Assembly (NCBI GenBank): GCA_020846695.1
Contig: JADLDM010000025.1
Coordinates: 1 to 40,257, forward strand
Direction: 5' to 3'
Origin: a bacterium
GTDB taxonomy: Bacteria; Electryoneota; RPQS01
Length of the DNA: 40,257 nucleotides
Of this stretch, positions 18,722-26,123 are shown in pieces. The position numbers and the translations under genes are program-made. The first letter of the stretch is position 1. Every line of letters begins with the position of its first letter. The notes beneath the pieces were generated by a model, which was not told the DNA's origin, ran no database searches, and saw only the letters and a list, made by a program, of their open reading frames with translations.

Positions 18722-19837
18722 TCAGTTTAACCGAACCGGCATAATCAGCATCAGCAGGTCTTCAGCTTCTTCCTGCTCGGTGGGCTTGACAATTCCTGCC
18801 GACGTCGCGCTGCCCAATTCAAAGCGCACGTCCTGCGTATCAATGCGCTTCAGCATCTCGCTCACATAGCCCGCGTTGTAGCCGATGTCCATCGCGCTTC
18901 CTGAGTATTCACAGGGCACCGATTCAAATCCCTCATTGCCCTGTTCGATGTCCTCGACCTTAATTTGCAATTCCTGTTTGTCCAAGTGCAGGCGAATCTG
19001 TCGCGAAATCTCATTGGAGAAGATACTCGCGCGGCGCACGGCGGCAGACAGCGCATCAAGATTCACCGTCAGCACCTGATTATTCTGATCCGGAATCACA
19101 GCGTCATAGTTCGGATAGCGGCCCTCAATTAACCGCGTGATCAGCGTCGTGCTGCCCGCGCGGAATCCAAGCTGCGTACCCGCAAACCCGATTTCCATGT
19201 CGCCTTCGCCGTCGGCAATTCGTTCCACCGCGGACATCGCTTTCGCCGGGACAATCGCGTTATGCGCCTTACCCTTATATCCGTTCGACTGCACACCCAT
19301 CTTCACCAAACGATGACCGTCCGTCGTGACCAAACGGAAATGCTTGTCGGACAGCTCCATGAAGACGCCGGTTAATTGCGGTCTGAGTTCATCCTTGGAA
19401 ACTGCAAACAGGACTTTGCTGATCATGCGACGCAGCCTATTGCGAGAAATCTTGTACGTATCCGAATCGGGCATTTCCGGAACCGCAGGATAAACATCCA
19501 CCGATTCCGCCGCGCATTTGTACTCCTTGCCTTCGGTATCCGTGATCGTAATCCGGTGTTCTTTCGTGGCTTCAATCGTCACCGTAACATCCGGTAATCC
19601 GCGCATCAATTCCAAAAATTTACGCGACGGTAACAGTGTGCGGCCGTCTTTCTGGCCCTGCACTTCCAACTCCGTCTGCATCGTCACTTCAATATCGGAT
19701 CCGGTTAACGTCAGCTTGTTTCCCTTCAGTTCGGCGAGGAAATGCGACAGGACGGGCATCGGGCTCTTTTGCGGAACCACGGTCGAAAGTGGTGCGAGAG
19801 CTTGAGCAAGACTGCTTTGCGGTGCTGAGAATTTCAT
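18722..19837 (-). CDS. dnaN: DNA polymerase III beta sliding clamp
   Basis: 371 aa with the typical MKF...L...AL..V three-domain pattern, located directly downstream of dnaA. Confidence 0.95.
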   Translation of the reverse strand: MKFSAPQSSLAQALAPLSTVVPQKSPMPVLSHFLAELKGNKLTLTGSDIEVTMQTELEVQGQKDGRTLLPSRKFLELMRGLPDVTVTIEATKEHRITITDTEGKEYKCAAESVDVYPAVPEMPDSDTYKISRNRLRRMISKVLFAVSKDELRPQLTGVFMELSDKHFRLVTTDGHRLVKMGVQSNGYKGKAHNAIVPAKAMSAVERIADGEGDMEIGFAGTQLGFRAGSTTLITRLIEGRYPNYDAVIPDQNNQVLTVNLDALSAAVRRASIFSNEISRQIRLHLDKQELQIKVEDIEQGNEGFESVPCEYSGSAMDIGYNAGYVSEMLKRIDTQDVRFELGSATSAGIVKPTEQEEAEDLLMLIMPVRLN

Positions 19838-20062
19838 GAATGGTATTAGAGAAGAGATTAAAGAGATCGTAGTAGTAACAGAGCACGTGAATTCGTGAAT
19901 AACCGTTGCAAGTTCAAGTAATCATGGAATCAGTCGAGTGTAGAGCGCCGTGAATGCTTTTCATTTTATCTTCTCTCATCCCCACACATCAGTGCTCAAG
20001 CGAAGTCATCCGCTCTCGCCAACACGGTATGTGAACAACTATCACGCAGTCCACAGCCTCAC

Positions 20063-21478
20063 TCACATACTTATCCTCATCGAAGGTCCAAGCGAAAGTC
20101 TGCGTTCAAGGTCGGTCAGAGCCGTCGTAACATCTGCTCTCAATGCGGACTTCTGTTCGCCAATGGTATCACGCGCATGAATTACGGTGGAATGATCGCG
20201 CCCGCCAAAGAAATTTCCGATCGTCTTGAGTGAGTGATCGGTCATCTCGGTCATCAGATACATCGCAACCATCCGCGCGTGTGCGATTTCCTTCTTGCGC
20301 GACTTGCCGCGCAAAGAATCCACCGTCACGCGAAAATATTCGGCGACCGTTTCCTGAATCAACTCAACGGGCGGTCGTCCCGCGCGGCGTCCCGTCTTTT
20401 CCTGAACAACTCGCTGCGCAAGTTCAAGCGTCGCGGGCACTCTACCGAACTGACAATGCGCGACCAAGGCCGCAAACGCGCCTTCCAACTCGCGGATGTT
20501 GCTCGTGATGTGCGTCGAAATCAAATCGGCAACTTCCACCGGCAGCGGAAACTTCTCCTGAATCGCGCGATCCTGCAAGATCGCCAACCTGGTCTCATAG
20601 GTCGGTGGATTCACGTTGGTCACCAGCCCGGAATCAAAGCGCGAGATCAATCGTTCGTCAAACCCAGCCAATTCATGCACCGGGCGGTCCGAAGTCATGA
20701 CTATCCGCCGCCCGCTCTGCTGCAAAGCATTGAAGGCGTGGAAGAACTCGATCTGCGTCCGCTCCTTGGTAGCAAAGAACTGAATATCATCCACCAAAAG
20801 CAAGTCCACGTTGCGATATCTTTCGGCAAAATCCGCAGCCTGATTGGTGCGCACGGCTTGGATGAACTCCTGGGTGAACCGCTCCGAGGAGACATACATC
20901 GCCCGGAACGCATCCCCCTTGCGCAGGCTCACCACGCGATTCCCGATAGCTTGCAGCAGATGGGTCTTTCCAAGACCTGTTCCTCCGTATATAAGGAGGG
21001 GGTTCCACAGCGTGGGCCTTGATAAATCAGAGATTGCCAAGCACGCCGCGCGTGCAAAGCTGTTGCAATCGCCTTCAACAAAGTTCTCAAATCTATATCT
21101 TGGATTCAGATTCGTCTCGGCCTGAACCGTCGTTCTTACGCTCACATGCCCGTTGGACGGAGCATCCGGGAGCGGCTTGGACAAGTCGAGGTGGCGCTGG
21201 CGCGGCACATGCTCCATAGATTGCACGCGAACACGCACGCGAATCTGATCCCCTGTAACTTCTTGAGCCACGGTTTCCAATCCTTGAACAAAGTGTTCTT
21301 CAACGAATTCGCGATGAAAATTTGACGGCGCGAGAAGCGTGAGAATGCGGTCTTCTAACTTTTCCGGCTTGAGCGTCTCGATCCAGGAGCTGAAGGTGGT
21401 TTCCGATACGGACGGTGCGACCGACGAGATGATGCTCTGCCACAGGTCGGTAGCCGCTGCGTAATCAACAGATGCCAT
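20063..21478 (-). CDS. dnaA: Chromosomal replication initiator protein DnaA
   Basis: Walker A GGTGLGKTHLLQAIGN, LLVDDIQF, and the domain IV sequence HSTVIHA. Confidence 0.97.
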   Translation of the reverse strand: MASVDYAAATDLWQSIISSVAPSVSETTFSSWIETLKPEKLEDRILTLLAPSNFHREFVEEHFVQGLETVAQEVTGDQIRVRVRVQSMEHVPRQRHLDLSKPLPDAPSNGHVSVRTTVQAETNLNPRYRFENFVEGDCNSFARAACLAISDLSRPTLWNPLLIYGGTGLGKTHLLQAIGNRVVSLRKGDAFRAMYVSSERFTQEFIQAVRTNQAADFAERYRNVDLLLVDDIQFFATKERTQIEFFHAFNALQQSGRRIVMTSDRPVHELAGFDERLISRFDSGLVTNVNPPTYETRLAILQDRAIQEKFPLPVEVADLISTHITSNIRELEGAFAALVAHCQFGRVPATLELAQRVVQEKTGRRAGRPPVELIQETVAEYFRVTVDSLRGKSRKKEIAHARMVAMYLMTEMTDHSLKTIGNFFGGRDHSTVIHARDTIGEQKSALRADVTTALTDLERRLSLGPSMRISM

Positions 21479-22175
21479 GAAGATAGGGAAGTTGGATGGT
21501 CGGATTCAGCGAGGGATAGTAACAACCCGATGTGTTGGTAGGTTTAGCCAACTCTCTGTTTCAGAGGAAGATGCCTCTTCGCACATCGGACTCACAATAT
21601 AACACATCGCTCGCCAGAGTCAACGGAATAACTCCTCTTTTCTTCTCGACTTACGAATCATAGAGAGTTGAAAATACGTGCTCTGTTGTTCTTTGATGAG
21701 TGCCAAAGGAGAGGCACGTCGCGAGGCATCGAGATTCGTCAATTTGCATCGTTGGTCTTGTGTGCAGGGAATCGCTTGCAGTGGGCAATCCCCTCCGCCT
21801 GAATCTTAGGGTGATCTAACTCTGACCCGCCTCCTATATTCGGCCTCAACTCTCACCCTAAATTCGCCAACACAACAGAAAAGACGTATTTACAAATACT
21901 TATGAATATTCCTGAGAGCGTCCGTCCCAATCCCCATCCCTTGCATCGGATTGCCTCTCATGCTTGTTTTTCCTATCTTTTCAGTTCCCCTGTAGTTCCC
22001 GCTGCCGTGCGCCGAGCGGGGATTAAGGCTTGGCGGTTCCCTGCCGGAATCTGATTCTCGCCGAGCCGGGTTAAGCACGAGACCTGAGCATACTGCACCC
22101 ATCTTCCCGCGCAACCCGGCCGAAATCTGGGGACGGGAGTCACCTCTGTACACAATCAAACCAAGATAAAGACAC

Positions 22176-22325
22176 ATGAAGCGAACTTACCAACCCTCAC
22201 GCCGCCGTCGTCGCAATCGTCATGGATTCCGCGAACGCATGGCGACCAAGAATGGCCGTGCCGTGCTCGCGCGTCGCCGTGCCAAAGGACGCAAGAGGCT
22301 GACAGTCTCGGATGAGCGACACTAA
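22176..22325 (+). CDS. rpmH: 50S ribosomal protein L34
   Basis: Translated by hand as [49 protein letters not shown]. It falls below the ORF-track length cutoff. Confidence 0.95.
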   Translation: MKRTYQPSRRRRRNRHGFRERMATKNGRAVLARRRAKGRKRLTVSDERH

Positions 22326-22661
22326 GTTCCGTCGGTCCGAGCGCCTTTCCGGTCGTTCGGAGCTGGGACGCGTGCGTACAGAGGGCCGACGACGGACACT
22401 TCCGGAATTGGTCCTTTTTTTTTGCCCGGACAGCCGGATCGGAAATTCGCCTGCGCCGCGACGCGCAAGGTGGGTTCGGCTGTCGAGCGCAATCGCCATC
22501 GCCGCAAGCTGAAGGAGTTCTTTCGTCTGAACAAGGAACTCTTTTCGGCTGACACTCATTTCTACGCGCTTTTCCGCCAACCGGTTGCCGACTGGCCCGA
22601 CTTCGAGAAAAGACTGATTGCGCTGCTCGCTTCTCTGTCTTCCACAAGAAAAACGCAGTGA
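22312..22661 (+). CDS. rnpA: RNase P protein component, split across two frames at a T9 homopolymer
   Basis: The N-terminal part (frame of 22312) reads ...[27 protein letters not shown]. The C-terminal part (frame of 22422) reads ...[29 protein letters not shown]. Adding one T to the run at 22415-22423 joins them into one typical ~116-aa RnpA. Confidence 0.8.
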
Positions 22662-22909
22662 AAACCTCTTCTTCCCCCATCCCCCATCCCCCATCCCCTG
22701 CGGCGCGACTCGCAACGTGGCTCATCCGCGCCTATCAGGTGACGCTGGGTGCTCACTTTGGGGGCCGCTGCCGCTTCACGCCGTCCTGCTCAGACTACGC
22801 AGTAGAAGCAATTGATAAAAAAGGAATTGTCAGAGGTTCTGCGCAAGCAATCCGAAGAATCGCGAAGTGTGGGCCGTGGCACGCTGGTGGCTACGACCCC
22901 GTCAAGTAG
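22658..22909 (+). CDS. yidD: Membrane protein insertion efficiency factor YidD
   Basis: LIRAYQVTLGAHFGGRCRFTPSCSDYAVEAI...CGPWHAGGYDPV. GTG at 22658 is the only in-frame start and overlaps the rnpA stop. Confidence 0.85.
   Translation: MKTSSSPIPHPPSPAARLATWLIRAYQVTLGAHFGGRCRFTPSCSDYAVEAIDKKGIVRGSAQAIRRIAKCGPWHAGGYDPVK
22674..22698 (+). repeat. (C5AT)3C4 tract; the complement is a four-run G-quadruplex motif
   Basis: CCCCCATCCCCCATCCCCCATCCCC, followed by TGCGGC. The same ~30-nt element occurs at 26305-26335, and a shorter relative at 21926-21950. Confidence 0.8.
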
Positions 22910-22956
22910 TATTACAAACCCTCAAAACACAAAAACTTTGGAGCCGTTCCTCGGCC

Positions 22957-24714
22957 ATGTTCGACCGTAATACCATCATCGCTCTCGTCGTCGTCGGTTT
23001 GATGCTCTTGCTCCTTCCGACCTACTACAAGTGGATCGCTCCACCCGCCCCCGAGCCGACTCAGACCACTCAAGCCCCGGCGAAACCCGCACCGTCTGAC
23101 ACATCGGTTGTAGCGGCTGCCTCGCCTGTCCCTGTAGGGATGGCTGCCGATTCTCGCCCCGATTCATCAACCATCAATCCGAAATCATCAATTGATTCTG
23201 CCCCCCTCCGCCCCTACGTCCGGGAACAGGTCCGAGTCGAGACGCCTCTTTATGCCATGACACTTGGCTCCGACGGTCGCATCTCTTCGTGCGTCCTCAA
23301 GAGCTATCAATACAAGAGCGGCGGTGACGTGAAGCTGCATCAGATTGCCGCCTCACTAGACTCCGCCATCGGATTCGTGGACCTCGATCTGGGCCCGCGC
23401 AACATCACCTCCCTGACAAACCTTTATTTTGAATCTTCCAAACCGCAACTGACGGTCACCACGGGCCGCGATTCCATTGAGCTGGTCTCCACCGACAATC
23501 AAGGCCGCAGACTCTATCTCTATTACATCATTGATTCCGAGCGTTACGGCTTTGCACTGAACATCAGAACCTCCGGCTACGTGCAGACCGACACACGCGA
23601 GTTCAATCTCTCGTGGAAGGGCGGCGTGCCTACCACCGAACCGGATCCGCAATCCGATCATGAATTCGGCGGCGCCTATGCGATGATCGGCGAAGAACTT
23701 GAGAACATCAGCCTCGGCAGCGATCCGAAGGCCGAAGTTGTCGCCACGGGCCGCACCTCCTATGTTGCCACGCGCTCGAAATATTTCATCGCCGCGCTGA
23801 TACCGCAAGCTCCCGCCGCCGGCGCCGAGCTTCGCGCTTACACTCGCAATCCCTCCGACAAATACGTTCCGCATGTCTATTCGGCGACTCTTCGTATGCC
23901 GTGGGAATCTGTGGACATCGCGCAGCGCGTCGAAGTTTACTGGGGCCCGATCAAAGAAGACAATCTGAAAGTTTACGACGTCGGTCTCGAAGACACGATG
24001 AACTGGGGCTGGGCGATTGTCAAGCCGTTCTCGAAATCCGTCTTGTGGCTTCTGATCTTCTTGGGCGGCTTCATCAAGAACTACGGCATCGTTATCATCA
24101 TCTTCTCTGTTGTGGTGAAGGTGCTCTTGTGGCCGTTGACGCGCAAGTCGCAAATTGCGATGAAGCGGATGTCCGCGCTGAAGCCCGAACTTGAAGAGCT
24201 GAAGGAAAAGCACGCGAAGAATCCTGCGGCTTTGAACAAAGCGATGATGGCGCTTTACAAGGAGCGCGGCGCGAATCCCGCGGCGGGATGTATTCCCATG
24301 CTCCTTCAGATGCCGATCCTTTACGGATTATTTATTGTATTTCGCTCGACGATTGAATTTCGTCAGGCGCCATTCCTTGGCTGGATTTCCGATCTGAGTC
24401 AGCCCGACTTTCTCTTTACTCTTCCCTTCTCTATTCCTCTTTACGGTGCGGGCGTTGGACTTCTGCCGATTGTGATGGGCGTTTCGCAATTCTACATGTC
24501 GCGTGCGACCATGTCGGATCCCAATCAGAAGGCCATGCTCTACATCATGCCTGTCATGATGACCGTGCTCTTCAACAACTTCCCCTCCGGTCTCACGCTC
24601 TATTACACATTATTCAATATTTGGGCTATCGTCGAACAACAGCTTATCAAGCTGCCCGTCATCGCCCCCGCGCAGTACACCATCGAAGACAAACCGCAGA
24701 AGAAGAAGAAATAG
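22957..24714 (+). CDS. yidC: Membrane protein insertase YidC
   Basis: N-terminal TM helix, a large periplasmic domain, and a C-terminal 60-kDa IMP core (...KRMSALKPELEELKEKH...PAAGCIPMLLQMPI...). The start is set at MFDRNTII (22957). Confidence 0.95.
   Translation: MFDRNTIIALVVVGLMLLLLPTYYKWIAPPAPEPTQTTQAPAKPAPSDTSVVAAASPVPVGMAADSRPDSSTINPKSSIDSAPLRPYVREQVRVETPLYAMTLGSDGRISSCVLKSYQYKSGGDVKLHQIAASLDSAIGFVDLDLGPRNITSLTNLYFESSKPQLTVTTGRDSIELVSTDNQGRRLYLYYIIDSERYGFALNIRTSGYVQTDTREFNLSWKGGVPTTEPDPQSDHEFGGAYAMIGEELENISLGSDPKAEVVATGRTSYVATRSKYFIAALIPQAPAAGAELRAYTRNPSDKYVPHVYSATLRMPWESVDIAQRVEVYWGPIKEDNLKVYDVGLEDTMNWGWAIVKPFSKSVLWLLIFLGGFIKNYGIVIIIFSVVVKVLLWPLTRKSQIAMKRMSALKPELEELKEKHAKNPAALNKAMMALYKERGANPAAGCIPMLLQMPILYGLFIVFRSTIEFRQAPFLGWISDLSQPDFLFTLPFSIPLYGAGVGLLPIVMGVSQFYMSRATMSDPNQKAMLYIMPVMMTVLFNNFPSGLTLYYTLFNIWAIVEQQLIKLPVIAPAQYTIEDKPQKKKK
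23110..23150 (+). repeat. GTAGCGGCTGCC...TGGCTGCCGA element, in frame inside yidC
   Basis: GTAGCGGCTGCCTCGCCTGTCCCTGTAGGGATGGCTGCCGA. Related copies are at 31394-31436 (intergenic) and 26262-26287 (in a CDS). Confidence 0.7.
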
Positions 24715-24726
24715 TTCTCTGTCTTC

Positions 24727-24752
24727 GTAGGGGCGGACCCGCGTGTCCGCCC
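24727..24752 (+). repeat. GTAGGGG-class REP-like hairpin
   Basis: GTAGGGGCGGACCCGCGTGTCCGCCC, with stem GGGCGGAC/GTCCGCCC. Confidence 0.7.
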
Positions 24753-24792
24753 GCGTCGAAAAACAACACTGCTCGTCATCGTACGAAACGCC

Positions 24793-24815
24793 GTAGTGCC
24801 GCACTGCGTGCGCTC
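24793..24815 (+). repeat. REP element
   Basis: Exact GTAGTGCCGCACTGCGTGCGCTC. Confidence 0.8.
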
Positions 24816-24823
24816 CGGACTCT

Positions 24824-25073
24824 CTGAGAGATCCTTCCGCGCGCTGACGCGCTTGTCAGGATGACGACACCCGCAATGTCTGTTTGTCTTCGCGCCTTCG
24901 CTTTCGTAGGGACACGATACGCTTGCCCTCGAGAGGGTCGTGTCCGCGTAAGGGCCGTGTTCTCGCGGAATACACCCACGTCCAACGTGTCGTCATCCTG
25001 ACGAAGGAAGGATCTCTCGGGCAAACACTGAGAGATTCTTCGCTACGCCAAGCCTTCGCTCAGAATGACGACA
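24824..25073. repeat. Cluster of three GTCATCCTGA-type MITE-like elements (forward, inverted, forward) enclosing a GTAGGGAC hairpin repeat
   Basis: Copies at 24824-24869, 24988-25020 (inverted) and 25028-25073. The GTAGGGACACGATACGC...GTCGTGTCCGCGTAAGGG element sits at 24906-24954. Confidence 0.7.
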
Positions 25074-25201
25074 GGCTCGTGACTACCGGCGGCCCCTGTC
25101 CTCGTAAGGATCCGGCCGTCTGTAATCACGCGCAAATAATACCTTTCTAGCCGCGACCTCCCTGTCGCGGAGAAACACATTTTAACTAACGAACATCCTC
25201 C

Positions 25202-26119
25202 ATGGCAATTCCAGACTTTCAATCAATGTTTCAGCCCACACTGAAACTACTCTCCGATAACGAGATATGGCCGAACACCCGCATCGTGGCCGAAATCGCA
25301 TCCTCGATGAGGGTGACACCGGAAGAGCTTGAGGAACTACTTCCGAGCGGCAGACAGCCAAAGTTTACGAACCGCGTGTACTGGACCCTCGTGCACCTGA
25401 CGAAAGCAGGACTGCTGGAACGCATTGGGCGCGGGCAGTACAGAATCACGGAGCTTGGCCACAACACCCTGACGCAACAGGTGAGTCGGATAGACCTTCG
25501 TTATCTGAAGACGCTCGACAAATACAAGGAATGGCAGAACCAATTCGGTGCAGGCGAAGATGAGGGCGAGACAACGGACACACAAGTCACAACAGAGTTG
25601 GGCACACCTCAAGAGCGGATGGATCACGGTTATACTCAATTCCGCGCCGCGCTTGCAGACGAAATCCTCTCCAAGGTGAAGTCTTGCTCTCCTCGATTTT
25701 TCGAACGCCTTGTTGTCGAGTTGCTCGTGAAAATGGGCTACGGTGGTTCCGTAGACGAAACGGCTCGCGTTGTCGGCAAGTCTGGCGACGGCGGAATTGA
25801 CGGCATTATTAAGGAAGACAAACTTGGGCTTGACATCATATACGTTCAGGCCAAGCGCTGGGAGAACCCTGTCGGGGCAAAAGAGGTAAGAGATTTCTCG
25901 GGCAGCCTCGACTATCACGGCGCAAAGAAGGGCGTGTTTATCACAACCTCGGACTTCACGAAGGACGCACGCGAGTACGTTACAAGAACGGGCGAGAAGA
26001 AGATAGTCCTGTTGACAGGCTTCGAACTTGCTCAACTCATGATAGATCACGACATCGGTGTCAGCACCGTAACAACTTATTCCATCAAACGAATTGATTC
26101 GGACTACTTCGAAGAGTAA
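25202..26119 (+). CDS. mrr: Mrr-family type IV restriction endonuclease
   Basis: Mrr_N winged helix (MAIPDFQSMFQPTLKLL...YWTLVHLTKAGLLE) and the Mrr catalytic core (GDGGIDGIIKEDKLGLDIIYVQAKRW). Confidence 0.85.
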   Translation: MAIPDFQSMFQPTLKLLSDNEIWPNTRIVAEIASSMRVTPEELEELLPSGRQPKFTNRVYWTLVHLTKAGLLERIGRGQYRITELGHNTLTQQVSRIDLRYLKTLDKYKEWQNQFGAGEDEGETTDTQVTTELGTPQERMDHGYTQFRAALADEILSKVKSCSPRFFERLVVELLVKMGYGGSVDETARVVGKSGDGGIDGIIKEDKLGLDIIYVQAKRWENPVGAKEVRDFSGSLDYHGAKKGVFITTSDFTKDAREYVTRTGEKKIVLLTGFELAQLMIDHDIGVSTVTTYSIKRIDSDYFEE

Positions 26120-26123
26120 TCCC

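Noticed and set aside
21985-22145. Possible TPP riboswitch, cobalamin riboswitch or SRP RNA, based on fragments such as ATCAGATTCCGGCAGGGAA on the minus strand
   Set aside because: The resemblance is limited to short strings. The defining cores (CUGAGA plus ACCUGAUCUGGAUAAUGCCAGCG, the B12 box with GCCACUG, or the SRP GGAA tetraloop with AGCAGCC) are not present. It is kept only as an unclassified structured region.
21479-22175. Canonical oriC with TTATCCACA DnaA boxes between dnaA and rpmH
   Set aside because: I could find no 9/9 or 8/9 matches by eye. The best match (AGTGGGCAA) is 6/9.
22156-22725. Minus-strand ORFs of 189 and 172 aa
   Set aside because: They are antisense to rpmH, rnpA and yidD, Arg/Gly-rich, and run through the C-tract repeat. 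They are artefacts of a GC-rich antisense frame.
23356-24213. 285-aa minus-strand ORF
   Set aside because: It is antisense to yidC and has no motifs.
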